From assembly GCA_045639125.1 (NCBI GenBank), contig JAZUCL010000021.1, positions 11,526 to 75,525 of the forward strand: DNA of 64,000 nt. Reading direction: 5' to 3'. The position numbers and the translations under genes were made by a program. The DNA is from Eubacteriales bacterium. Its GTDB lineage: Bacteria; Bacillota; Clostridia; Oscillospirales; QAMX01. The notes beneath the pieces were generated by a model. It saw only the letters and a program-made list of their open reading frames with translations. It had not been told where the DNA came from and made no database searches. This document shows positions 48,722 through 59,028 of this stretch, piece after piece (the first letter of the stretch is position 1; the number at the start of each line of letters is the position of its first letter).

Positions 48722-50254
48722 ATGCACTATCAGTCGCAATTTATGGGTAAGTTCAAGGAGTCCTTGTCTGCGGTACTTCCCATTACTGCAATTGTCTTGC
48801 TTCTAAGTATATTTATGGTTCCTCTCGATGTTGGAGCGAGCATGATGTTCTTTGTAGGGGCCGCAATGCTCATTGTAGGTATGGCATTATTCCAACTTGG
48901 TGTTGATATGTCCATGAGCCCCATGGGCGAGGGTATCGGTGTACAGTTGAGCAAGACAAAAAAACGTACAATAATTGCAGCAGTCAGTTTACTCATTGGT
49001 ATTGTGGTTACAGTGGCGGAGCCGGATTTGCAGGTTTTAGCAAATCAAGTACCGTCTATACCCAACGCTACGCTTATTTGGACTGTTGGTATCGGTGTAG
49101 GTCTTTTTTTGGCAGTTGCCGTTTTACGTATTATTCTTAAAATCGACTTGTCAAAAATACTTATGATACTTTATGCAAGTGTAATTGCCATTTCGTTTTT
49201 CATTCCAAAAGAGTTTATTGCCGTTGCTTTTGACTCCGGTGGAGTGACGACTGGACCTGTTACGGTACCATTTATAATGGCTCTCGGTGTCGGTATTTCT
49301 TCTATTCGTGCCGACAAAGATGCGTCAAGTGATAGTTTCGGACTTGTAGCGTTGTCAAGTGTAGGACCAATTCTTGCTGTACTTTTACTTGGTTGTATAT
49401 TTGCACCTCAGGCAGGTGAGTACAATGCAGCACTTATTGCATCTGTCAATACGATGCAGGACGTTGCCATTGCATTTGGACGTCAATTTCCCCATTACGC
49501 AAAAGAGGTATTTATCTCTATTACTCCTATTATTGTTTTGTTTTTTATATTTCAGGCTATCAGTCACAGATATAAACGTCGTCAGAAACTTCGTATTTTA
49601 ATTGGTTTTGTGTATACTTATTTGGGACTTGTGTTCTTTCTGTGCGGTGTAAATGTTGGTTTTGCCCCTGTTGGTACACTTCTTGGACGTGACTTAGCAG
49701 GTACGGCTCAACAGTGGCTACTCATTCCTATTGGAATGTTGATTGGTTATTTCATCGTCAAGGCAGAACCGGCAATACAGGTTCTCAATCAGCAAATTCA
49801 ATCGGTTACAAATGGTACTATATCTGCTAAATCTATGAACTTGTGTTTATCCATCGGCGTTTCTGTAAGTGTCGGTTTGGCGATGACCCGTATCTTGTTC
49901 CAAATCCCACTCCAATGGATTATTATTCCCGGATATATTATAGCACTTATTATGTCGAGGTTTGTGCCAAAAATTTTCGTAGGTATTGCATTCGATTCAG
50001 GTGGAGTTGCAAGCGGACCTATGACATCTACATTCCTTCTTCCTCTTTGTATAGGAACTTGTGAAATGCTTGGCGGTAACATTATGATTGATGCCTTTGG
50101 AGTTGTCGCACTCGTTGCACTTACCCCCTTAATTGCAATTCAAATCATGGGACTTAGATACCAGTATAAACTCAATAAACTTGAATCTATGACAATTTCT
50201 GACGATCTTCTTCCGGAAGATAGCGATGCAATTGTCGAACTTGATGATGAATAA
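48722..50254 (+). CDS. Polytopic membrane protein with an internal duplication (DUF1538-like)
   Basis: Two homologous halves each carry FDSGGV(T/A)(T/S)GP(V/M)T. The family name is from memory and not searched. Confidence 0.6.
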   Translation: MHYQSQFMGKFKESLSAVLPITAIVLLLSIFMVPLDVGASMMFFVGAAMLIVGMALFQLGVDMSMSPMGEGIGVQLSKTKKRTIIAAVSLLIGIVVTVAEPDLQVLANQVPSIPNATLIWTVGIGVGLFLAVAVLRIILKIDLSKILMILYASVIAISFFIPKEFIAVAFDSGGVTTGPVTVPFIMALGVGISSIRADKDASSDSFGLVALSSVGPILAVLLLGCIFAPQAGEYNAALIASVNTMQDVAIAFGRQFPHYAKEVFISITPIIVLFFIFQAISHRYKRRQKLRILIGFVYTYLGLVFFLCGVNVGFAPVGTLLGRDLAGTAQQWLLIPIGMLIGYFIVKAEPAIQVLNQQIQSVTNGTISAKSMNLCLSIGVSVSVGLAMTRILFQIPLQWIIIPGYIIALIMSRFVPKIFVGIAFDSGGVASGPMTSTFLLPLCIGTCEMLGGNIMIDAFGVVALVALTPLIAIQIMGLRYQYKLNKLESMTISDDLLPEDSDAIVELDDE

Positions 50255-50308
50255 ATTGTTTAATACAATTAATTCTTAAAGTACTATTCCCCAAGAGGTG
50301 ATATGTAT

Positions 50309-51004
50309 ATGACTCTACATGAGAAACATTCTGCGTACCGAGTGTTGGTACTTATAGTAAACCCTAAGTTGTCGGCACGTGCAACGGAAATATTTAAGGA
50401 AAACGATGTACCGATGTATTATATGCTTCACGGATATGGTACAGTATCCAGTGAAATGATGGATATTCTTGGTATGGTGAGTGCTGAGAAACATATTCTA
50501 ATCGGTGTACTGCCAAAAGGCTTTGCCGATGAAATGATGCGTATGCTTCGCAGAGAATTAAAATTAGGAATTCCTAACAGCGGTATTGTATTTTCCTTTA
50601 GTGTATCGGGAGCAAATGCTCTTATATTGCGTATGCTTCAATCGTTGGAGGGTGACGAAAATCTTGGTGAAAGAAAGGGTGAAACTACTGTGTCGGATAT
50701 GAAATATACAATGATTGCTGCTATTGTAAATCAGGGCTACAGTGATAATGTTATGGACGCTGCACGAGCAGTAGGAGCGACCGGCGGTACAGTGATTCGT
50801 AGCCGTTGTATTGGCGATAGTGCGGTTGTGTGGGGGCTGAGTGTTCAAGAGGAACGTGACATCGTTTTGATTATTACACCCACTGAAAAGAAACTTGCCA
50901 TTATGCAAGCAATCGGTGAAAAGTGCGGAGTACACAGCGAAACAAAGGGAATAGTTATATCTGTGCCTCTTGAAAATGTGCTCGGACTTGATGAGTTTAA
51001 CTAA
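50309..51004 (+). CDS. Tandem P-II-like (GlnB-fold) protein
   Basis: Two ferredoxin-like halves of about 105 aa each (VLVLIVNP...GYGT... and MIAAIVNQGYSDNVMDAARAVGATGGTVIRSRC...). ATG 50309 has better RBS spacing than 50303. Confidence 0.55.
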   Translation: MTLHEKHSAYRVLVLIVNPKLSARATEIFKENDVPMYYMLHGYGTVSSEMMDILGMVSAEKHILIGVLPKGFADEMMRMLRRELKLGIPNSGIVFSFSVSGANALILRMLQSLEGDENLGERKGETTVSDMKYTMIAAIVNQGYSDNVMDAARAVGATGGTVIRSRCIGDSAVVWGLSVQEERDIVLIITPTEKKLAIMQAIGEKCGVHSETKGIVISVPLENVLGLDEFN

Positions 51005-51079
51005 TTGTATGAACCTTGATATATGTTTAAGGCTCATATTCAAGTATAATGCTTTTTAATTTTGATTAGAGGTAAAAGT

Positions 51080-52831
51080 ATGATTAGAACTTTAGCAAGC
51101 CACATTAAACAGTATATGAAAGCCACTGTGCTTACACCGATTTGTATGGTGCTTGAAGTGGTTATGGAAGTTATCATTCCGCTACTTATGGCCGACCTTG
51201 TTGACTATGGAATTGATGCAGGCAATATGCCTGTAATTTTGAAAATGGGTGTGGCACTTCTTGGTTCTGCATTACTATCCTTGTGCTTTGGTGTACTTGG
51301 CGGACGATTTGCCGCCACTGCATCGGCAGGATTTGCTAAGAATCTCAGACAGGCAATGTTTTATAACGTACAGAGTTTTTCATTTTCAAACATTGATAAG
51401 TTCTCAACTGCAAGCATCATTACAAGACTTACAACTGACGTTACAAACGTACAGATGGCGTTTCAAATGATGATTCGCATGGCGTTTCGTGGTCCTATAA
51501 TGATGGTGTTTTCACTTATTGTTGCATTTCGTGTAAATGCAACGCTATCTCTTATATTTCTTGGGGCAATACCGATTCTTGCTCTCGGTTTATATGTGAT
51601 TATACGCTTTGCACACCCGACATTTATAGGTATCTTTAAGACTTTCGATAAACTCAACGGTACTGTTGAGGAAAATCTTGCAGGTATTCGTGTTGTGAAG
51701 GCATTTAACAGAGAAAACTACGAGATTGGGAAATTTCAAAGCATTTCAGAAACCATTAGAAATGGATTTATAAAGGCTGAAAAACTTCTTGCGTGTAATA
51801 TGCCTATGATGCAGTTTGCCATGTATACTTGTACCCTTTTAATATCGTGGTTCGGTGCTCGTATGATAGTGGCAAGTGGTGGTAATCCAGAACTTGGCAT
51901 GACGACAGGTCAACTTATGAGCCTTTTGACATACTCTATGCAGATTTTGTCAAGCCTCATGTCTCTTTCCATGATTTTTGTTATGCTGACTATGTCAAAA
52001 GCATCAGGCGAGCGTATCGTGGAACTTTTAAGTGAAAAGAGCGATATTGTAAACCCTCAAAATCCTGTGATGAATGTTAAAAACGGTGAGATATGTTTTG
52101 ACCACGTGGATTTTTCTTATGGTCGACAAGATGGGAAACTCTGTTTGTCTGATATAAATCTTCGTATCAAGTCAGGTGAAACGGTAGGTGTTCTCGGTGC
52201 GACAGGCTCGGCAAAGTCAAGTCTTGTACAACTGATACCTCGTCTTTATGATGTCAAGGGCGGTAGTGTATCAGTTGGTGGCGTGGACGTGCGAGAATAT
52301 GATTTAGACACACTTCGAAACTGTGTTGCAATGGTTTTGCAAAAGAATGTGTTGTTTTCAGGTACAATAAAAGAAAATCTTCGTTGGGGCAACGAGCACG
52401 CCACCGACGAGGAAATACGTGAGGCGTGCCGTCTTGCACAGGCATCTGAATTTATAGAAAGTTTTCCCGATAGATACGATACATATATTGAGCAGGGAGG
52501 CACTAATGTATCGGGCGGTCAGAAACAGCGTCTTTGTATTGCAAGGGCAATTCTTAAAAAACCTCACATTCTTATTCTTGACGATTCCACAAGTGCTGTA
52601 GATACAAGAACTGATGCCCTAATACGAAAGGCTATGAAGGAGATTATCCCTGACACGACAAAGATTATCATTGCGCAGCGAGTTTCGTCTGTGATGGATG
52701 CGGATAAAATCATTATTCTTGACGAGGGTAAGGTAAGTGGTGTTGGAACCCACGAAGAACTTTTGAATACAAATGATATTTATCGTGAGGTATATGAATC
52801 TCAGACGAAGGGGGACAACGAAAATGAATAA
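51080..52831 (+). CDS. ABC exporter half-transporter (TMD-NBD) with a degenerate NBD
   Basis: Walker A GATGSAKSS, signature VSGGQ, Walker B LILDDS (Asp replaces the catalytic Glu) and switch AQR (Gln replaces His). Confidence 0.88.
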   Translation: MIRTLASHIKQYMKATVLTPICMVLEVVMEVIIPLLMADLVDYGIDAGNMPVILKMGVALLGSALLSLCFGVLGGRFAATASAGFAKNLRQAMFYNVQSFSFSNIDKFSTASIITRLTTDVTNVQMAFQMMIRMAFRGPIMMVFSLIVAFRVNATLSLIFLGAIPILALGLYVIIRFAHPTFIGIFKTFDKLNGTVEENLAGIRVVKAFNRENYEIGKFQSISETIRNGFIKAEKLLACNMPMMQFAMYTCTLLISWFGARMIVASGGNPELGMTTGQLMSLLTYSMQILSSLMSLSMIFVMLTMSKASGERIVELLSEKSDIVNPQNPVMNVKNGEICFDHVDFSYGRQDGKLCLSDINLRIKSGETVGVLGATGSAKSSLVQLIPRLYDVKGGSVSVGGVDVREYDLDTLRNCVAMVLQKNVLFSGTIKENLRWGNEHATDEEIREACRLAQASEFIESFPDRYDTYIEQGGTNVSGGQKQRLCIARAILKKPHILILDDSTSAVDTRTDALIRKAMKEIIPDTTKIIIAQRVSSVMDADKIIILDEGKVSGVGTHEELLNTNDIYREVYESQTKGDNENE

Positions 52832-54785
52832 ACCTTCAACCACCCGTCCTCCACAAGCAATGTATGGCCCAGGTGGCCGCAGACGTCCTATGGGTAAGCC
52901 TGACGTAAAGATTGAGCCTAAGACAATAAAGAGAATGCTTTCATATTTGAAACCATTTAGTTTCCGTCTGTTAGTCGTATTATTGTGTATTGTTTTAAGT
53001 GCTGTTACGGCGGTTATATCGTCAATGTTTTTACGTACTCTTATTGACGATTACATTTCACCGCTGCTTTTGCAAGCAACACCAAACTTCTCAGGACTTC
53101 TTAGAACTATTGGTATTATGGCAGTTATATATCTTGTAGGTGTTGTTTCCGGTTTTACCTACAATAGAATTATGGCAACTATATCACAAGGTACGCTTCA
53201 TAATATCCGAAGCGAGATGTTCGCCCATATGCAGAAATTGCCAATTCGATATTTTGATACGAATACAAACGGCGATATTATGAGTCGGTATACATCTGAC
53301 ACCAACGCATTACGTCAGATGATTTCACAGAGTTTACCGATGTCAATTTCATCTGTAATAACTATTGTATCCGTACTGTTTGCGATGCTTTCAAACAGTA
53401 TTTGGCTGACGCTTTTTGTACTGTTGAGTGCATTTTTAATTACTAAATTTGCCGGTTATATTGGCAGTAACAGTGGTAAGTTTTTTGTAAAACAGCAGAA
53501 ATCCATGGGTGATGTAAACGGTTACGTTGAGGAAATGATAAGCGGTCAAAAAGTCGTTAAGGTTTTTTGTTATGAGCAAAAAGCGAAAGAGGAATTTGAC
53601 AGACGAAACGAAGAACTGTGCGAGAATATGACATCGGCAAACCGCTTTGCAAACATAATGGGTCCGATTCTCAATAACTTTGGACATCTTTTGTATGTTG
53701 TACTTGCAACGGCAGGGGGTGCAATGGCAATTCTTGGCGTTACAAACCTTTCTTTGACAGGCTTTGGGGTACTGACACTCGGTATGCTTGCATCGTTTCT
53801 CCAACTGTCACGAAGTTTTCTAAACCCCGTATCTCAGTTATCTCAAGAAATAAACTCCGTTATGATGGCACTTGCAGGTGCACAGCGAATTTTTGCACTT
53901 CTTGATGAAGAGCCGGAGGAGGACAACGGATACGTAACACTTGTCAGCGGACGATTTGATGAAAAAGGCCAATTTACTGAGAGTAGTGAAAAGACAGGTA
54001 TATGGGCATGGAGACACCCACATTCAGACGGAACACTTACGTATACAAAACTTCAAGGCGAAGTTAGATTTTTCAATGTTGACTTTGCATACGTTGAGGG
54101 AAAGACAGTTTTGCACGATATATCCCTTTACGCAGAACCTGGACAGAAAATTGCTTTTGTAGGTGCAACAGGTGCAGGCAAGACGACAATTACAAATCTT
54201 ATAAACAGATTTTATGACCTTGCTGACGGCAAAGTGCGATATGACGGTATTAACATCAATAAAATTAAAAAGTCTGATTTACGCCGAAGCCTTGGTGTTG
54301 TGCTTCAAGACGTCAATCTTTTTACAGGAACCGTTATGGAGAATATTCGATACGGCAGACTTGATGCTACAGACGAAGAGTGTATACAGGCGGCAAAACT
54401 TGCCAATGCCGATGGATTTATTCGTATGTTGCCTGACGGATACGACACAATACTGTCAGGTGACGGAAGCGGTTTATCACAAGGACAGCGACAACTAATA
54501 TCTATTGCTCGTGCGGCAGTTGCAGACCCACCTGTAATGATTCTTGACGAGGCCACTTCCTCTATAGACACACGTACAGAGGCAATCGTACAGCGTGGCA
54601 TGGATTCACTTATGGAGGGTAGAACAGTATTTGTAATTGCCCATAGGTTGTCAACAGTAAAAAATTCTGATGTAATTATGGTTTTAGACAAGGGAAGAAT
54701 TATTGAACGTGGAAGTCATGACCAACTAATTGCAGAAAAAGGCGTATACTACCGCTTATATACAGGTGCATTTGAACTTGAATAA
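52824..54785 (+). CDS. ABC exporter half-transporter (TMD-NBD) with a consensus NBD but a deviant signature
   Basis: Walker A GATGAGKTT, signature LSQGQ, Walker B MILDEATS and switch IAHR. The start is moved to ATG 52824, overlapping the upstream stop by 8 nt. Confidence 0.88.
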   Translation: MNKPSTTRPPQAMYGPGGRRRPMGKPDVKIEPKTIKRMLSYLKPFSFRLLVVLLCIVLSAVTAVISSMFLRTLIDDYISPLLLQATPNFSGLLRTIGIMAVIYLVGVVSGFTYNRIMATISQGTLHNIRSEMFAHMQKLPIRYFDTNTNGDIMSRYTSDTNALRQMISQSLPMSISSVITIVSVLFAMLSNSIWLTLFVLLSAFLITKFAGYIGSNSGKFFVKQQKSMGDVNGYVEEMISGQKVVKVFCYEQKAKEEFDRRNEELCENMTSANRFANIMGPILNNFGHLLYVVLATAGGAMAILGVTNLSLTGFGVLTLGMLASFLQLSRSFLNPVSQLSQEINSVMMALAGAQRIFALLDEEPEEDNGYVTLVSGRFDEKGQFTESSEKTGIWAWRHPHSDGTLTYTKLQGEVRFFNVDFAYVEGKTVLHDISLYAEPGQKIAFVGATGAGKTTITNLINRFYDLADGKVRYDGININKIKKSDLRRSLGVVLQDVNLFTGTVMENIRYGRLDATDEECIQAAKLANADGFIRMLPDGYDTILSGDGSGLSQGQRQLISIARAAVADPPVMILDEATSSIDTRTEAIVQRGMDSLMEGRTVFVIAHRLSTVKNSDVIMVLDKGRIIERGSHDQLIAEKGVYYRLYTGAFELE

Positions 54786-54814
54786 ATATTATATTGTAAT
54801 GGTTAACTGTATTA

Positions 54815-54853
54815 AAAAACCTGTGATTGTAAATATGCAATCACAGGTTTTTG
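54815..54853 (+). terminator. Rho-independent terminator
   Basis: acctgtgattg...caatcacaggt followed by TTTTT. Confidence 0.8.
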
Positions 54854-55218
54854 TGTTTAGTATCGTTTGCGTTAGTAAATAGGTGTTCAAGTATTAAAGA
54901 AAACAGACAAATAGATGTGAAAAGGCGAATTTTGGCGATAAGTTCCACGATTTATTGTTAAAATGCATAAAAAAAACAACGCCATTGTTGTAGCATTGTC
55001 CGAATGTGTCATTGATTACTTGACAAAAACATGATATAATAATATTCCGTATCATAATGCAAAAGTGTACATATCCATATCAACCGCTTTATTATACTTC
55101 GTTTTTTGCGATTAGACAACAGTTTGGAGTACAAAAGTAACAACAAACCCGTGTGTTCAAATTGCGGCCGATGGCGGTAGTCATGGAGTTCAATCTTATG
55201 GAATGGAGTGATCGGCAA

Positions 55219-58200
55219 ATGGTAAAGGACATACGTTGCGGAAGAACGCTTCGTAAAAGCTTCGCACGGCTCGAGGAGCCGATTCAGATGCCGAACCTCA
55301 TCGAGGTTCAAAAGGATTCCTACAAGTGGTTTTTGGAGACAGGTCTGCGTGAAGTATTTCGTGATGTGTCTACAATTACTGACTACACCGGAAATCTTGA
55401 GTTGTCGTTTCTCGACTATACCCTTGAGGAAACGCCCAAGTATACGGTAGAGGAATGTAAGGAGCGAGATGCAACTTATGCTGCGCCCCTTAAAGTGCGT
55501 ATGCGTCTGCGTAACAAGGAAACAGAGGAAATTAAAGAGCAGGAAATCTTTATGGGAGATTTTCCACTGATGACTCACAGCGGTACGTTTGTTATTAACG
55601 GTGCTGAGCGTGTTATCGTTTCCCAAATTGTTCGTTCTCCCGGTATGTACTTTGATGTCCACAACGACAAGAGCGAGAAGGCTATGTATACCGCAACGGT
55701 TATTCCTTATCGTGGTGCGTGGATTGAGTTTGAAACGGATCTTAGCGATATTTTTAGTGTCCGTATCGACAAAAACAGAAAATTGCCTGTTACTTCATTT
55801 ATTAGGGCTATTGGTATTGAAACAAACGCTGAGATTATCGAATTGTTCGGTGAGGATGAGCGTTTGATTGCTACTCTTGATAAAGACCCGGCACATACTG
55901 CAGAGGAAGCACTTATTGAGATTTACAAGCGTATGCGTCCCGGTGAGCCTCCAACAGTTGACAGTGCAAAGACTTTGATTAACAACTTGTTCTTCGACCC
56001 AAGAAGATATGACTTGAGTGTCGTAGGCAGATATAAGTTCAATAAGAAACTCTCTATTGCAAAGAGATTAACAGGTAAGACTCTTGCTGAGCCTGTTGTC
56101 GATCCGCTGACTGGTGAACTTCTTGCTGAGGCAGGGGAGAACCTTAACCGTGAGAAGGCTACAATGCTTGAAGAACATGGTGTCAATGTTGCATGGGTAC
56201 AAGTCGGTGACAAGAAGGTAAAAGTATTTGCCAACAATGTTGTCGATATGAAGAACTTTGTTGACTTTGATCCTAAAGAAGTTGGCGTTCGTGAAAAGGT
56301 GCGTTTTGACGTATTGACACAACTCCTTGAACAGTATTCAGGTGATGAGTTGAAGACTGCTATTAAGGATCGTATAGATGATCTTATCCCTAAACATATC
56401 ACAGTTGAGGATATTTTGGCATCTATTAACTATCTTAACGGTCTTGCATCTGATATTGGTTTACCTGATGATATTGACCATCTTGGTAACCGTCGCCTTC
56501 GCTCTGTCGGTGAACTTTTGCAAAATCAGTTCCGCATTGGCTTTAGCCGTATGGAACGTGTTATCCGTGAGCGTATGACAATTCAGGATCTTGATATTGT
56601 CACACCTCAATCTCTTATAAATATACGTCCTGTAACTACGGCAATCAAGGAGTTCTTTGGTTCAAGCCCGTTGTCACAGTTCATGGATCAAAATAACCCT
56701 CTTGCAGAGTTGACACATAAGCGTCGTATGTCAGCACTTGGTCCCGGCGGTTTGTCCCGTGACCGTGCAAACTTTGAAGTTCGTGACGTTCACTACAGCC
56801 ACTATGGTCGTATGTGTCCAATCGAAACTCCTGAAGGTCCTAACATTGGACTTATTTCGTATCTTGCAAGTTACGCACGTATAAATGAATACGGATTTAT
56901 TGAAGCACCTTATCGTAAGATTGATAAGGCAACAGGTAAACTTACAGACGAAGTGCAGTATATGACTGCTGACATCGAAGATGAATTTATTGTTGCACAG
57001 GCTCGTGAGGAACTTGACGAAGAGGGTAGAATTAAGAATAAGCGTGTCACTTGTCGTTATCGTAATGAAATTATGGCATTCGACCGTGAGCGTGTCGATT
57101 ATGTTGACTGCTCTGCTCGTATGATGGTATCTGTTGCAACTGCTATGATTCCGTTCCTTGAAAACGACGAGGCAACTCGTGCGTTGATGGGCTCTAATAT
57201 GCAGCGACAGGCAGTACCGCTTCTCGTTCCTGAAGCACCTATTGTTGCAACCGGTATTGAGTATCGTGCGGCAACTGACTCCGGTGTCGTTCCTCTTGCT
57301 GAGGGCGATGGTGTTGTCACAAAGGTTTCTGCTTGTGAAATTACCATCAAATATGATGGAATAGGAGAAAAGACTCATAAACTTATTAAGTTTATACGTT
57401 CCAACCAAGGCACTTGTGTAAATCAGAAACCTGTTGTCAGCGTTGGTATGAAAGTTAAGAAGGGCGATGTAATTGCTGACGGTCCTTCTACACATGAGGG
57501 CGAAATTGCTCTTGGTCGTAACATGGTCATTGCATTTATGACATGGGAAGGCTACAACTACGAGGACGCAGTTTTGCTTAACGAACGTCTTGTAAGAGAT
57601 GACATATATACATCTATTCACATTGAGGAATACGAAACAGAATCTCGTGATACTAAACTCGGACCGGAGGAAATCACTCGTGATATTCCTAATGTCGGTG
57701 AAGATGCTCTTAAGGATCTTGATGAGCGTGGTATTATTCGTATCGGTGCAGAAGTACACCCCGGCGATATTCTCGTTGGCAAGGTAACACCAAAGGGTGA
57801 AACTGAACTTACTGCTGAAGAACGACTTCTTCGTGCAATTTTCGGTGAGAAGGCACGTGAAGTACGTGATACTTCCTTGAAAGTTCCTCACGGCGAGTCA
57901 GGTATCATTGTTGACGTTAAGGTATTTACTCGTGAAAACGGCGATGAATTATCTCCTGGTGTCAACATGGTTGTTCGTTGCTACATTGCACAGAAACGTA
58001 AGATTTCTGTCGGCGATAAGATGGCTGGTCGTCACGGTAACAAGGGTGTTATTTCTCGCATTTTGCCACAAGAAGATATGCCTTTCCTGCCTGATGGCAC
58101 ACCTGTTGATATTGTCTTGAACCCCCTTGGCGTTCCGTCTCGTATGAACATCGGTCAGGTACTTGAAGTTCACTTGGGTATGGCGGCTAAGAAACTCGGC

Positions 58201-58896
58201 TGGAAGATTGCAACACCTGTATTTGATGGTGCACGAGAAGAAGATATTGCCGAGACACTTGCAATGGCAGGTATGGATCCGTCCGGTAAGACTATACTTT
58301 ACGATGGTAGAACCGGTGAGCCTTTTGATAACCCTGTTACTGTCGGTGTTATGTACTTCTTGAAACTTCACCACCTTGTTGACGATAAAATTCACGCAAG
58401 AAGCACTGGTCCTTACTCACTTGTTACTCAGCAGCCTTTGGGTGGTAAAGCACAGTTTGGCGGTCAGCGTTTCGGTGAGATGGAAGTTTGGGCATTGGAA
58501 GCATACGGTGCTGCATATACGCTCCAAGAGATGCTTACAGTTAAGTCTGACGATACTGTTGGACGTGTCAAAACTTATGAAGCAATTGTCAAGGGTCACA
58601 ACATTCCTCAAGCAGGTGTTCCTGAGTCCTTCAAGGTACTTGTTAAGGAACTTCAGTCTCTTGGTCTTGACGTCAAGGTTCTTGATCGCAACATGGAGGA
58701 AATTGATCTTCATGACGATGACGAAGATGACGGATATGAGCATATCTCCCACGAGGAAGAGTATGTTGAGGATCGTGATTTTGAAGATGAGGGCTACTCT
58801 GTTGAGTCCGCAGGTGGCGATGATTTGTTCGACGACCTGATGGATGATGAGGATAGCGACGAACTCGATGACGATGACTTCTTTGCGGATATTTAG
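55219..58896 (+). CDS. rpoB: DNA-directed RNA polymerase beta subunit
   Basis: [16 protein letters not shown] and the whole-length conserved blocks are present. The start is moved to ATG 55219 ([15 protein letters not shown]). A long acidic C-terminal tail is present. Confidence 0.95.
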   Translation: MVKDIRCGRTLRKSFARLEEPIQMPNLIEVQKDSYKWFLETGLREVFRDVSTITDYTGNLELSFLDYTLEETPKYTVEECKERDATYAAPLKVRMRLRNKETEEIKEQEIFMGDFPLMTHSGTFVINGAERVIVSQIVRSPGMYFDVHNDKSEKAMYTATVIPYRGAWIEFETDLSDIFSVRIDKNRKLPVTSFIRAIGIETNAEIIELFGEDERLIATLDKDPAHTAEEALIEIYKRMRPGEPPTVDSAKTLINNLFFDPRRYDLSVVGRYKFNKKLSIAKRLTGKTLAEPVVDPLTGELLAEAGENLNREKATMLEEHGVNVAWVQVGDKKVKVFANNVVDMKNFVDFDPKEVGVREKVRFDVLTQLLEQYSGDELKTAIKDRIDDLIPKHITVEDILASINYLNGLASDIGLPDDIDHLGNRRLRSVGELLQNQFRIGFSRMERVIRERMTIQDLDIVTPQSLINIRPVTTAIKEFFGSSPLSQFMDQNNPLAELTHKRRMSALGPGGLSRDRANFEVRDVHYSHYGRMCPIETPEGPNIGLISYLASYARINEYGFIEAPYRKIDKATGKLTDEVQYMTADIEDEFIVAQAREELDEEGRIKNKRVTCRYRNEIMAFDRERVDYVDCSARMMVSVATAMIPFLENDEATRALMGSNMQRQAVPLLVPEAPIVATGIEYRAATDSGVVPLAEGDGVVTKVSACEITIKYDGIGEKTHKLIKFIRSNQGTCVNQKPVVSVGMKVKKGDVIADGPSTHEGEIALGRNMVIAFMTWEGYNYEDAVLLNERLVRDDIYTSIHIEEYETESRDTKLGPEEITRDIPNVGEDALKDLDERGIIRIGAEVHPGDILVGKVTPKGETELTAEERLLRAIFGEKAREVRDTSLKVPHGESGIIVDVKVFTRENGDELSPGVNMVVRCYIAQKRKISVGDKMAGRHGNKGVISRILPQEDMPFLPDGTPVDIVLNPLGVPSRMNIGQVLEVHLGMAAKKLGWKIATPVFDGAREEDIAETLAMAGMDPSGKTILYDGRTGEPFDNPVTVGVMYFLKLHHLVDDKIHARSTGPYSLVTQQPLGGKAQFGGQRFGEMEVWALEAYGAAYTLQEMLTVKSDDTVGRVKTYEAIVKGHNIPQAGVPESFKVLVKELQSLGLDVKVLDRNMEEIDLHDDDEDDGYEHISHEEEYVEDRDFEDEGYSVESAGGDDLFDDLMDDEDSDELDDDDFFADI

Positions 58897-59028
58897 GCTT
58901 TTTTAAGCTGAATAACTTTTCCACACGGCACGAAATGCTGTGCCGTGTGGAAAACTAACCGAACGAAATAACTCATGTCTAATTTGAAACAGCAAACGGA
59001 CAACTTTTGTTAAAGGAGCAGGTGAACG

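Noticed and set aside
55009-55662. 217-aa minus-strand ORF spanning the rpoB leader and start
   Set aside because: It overlaps the conserved rpoB N-terminus in antisense and has no RBS.
56731-57891. 386-aa ORF antisense to rpoB (also 55923..56402, 57949..58395, 59845..60399, 61342..61806 antisense to rpoB/rpoC)
   Set aside because: They lie entirely inside strongly conserved genes on the other strand. Their sequences are low-complexity, Cys/Asn/Phe-rich and look like nonsense.
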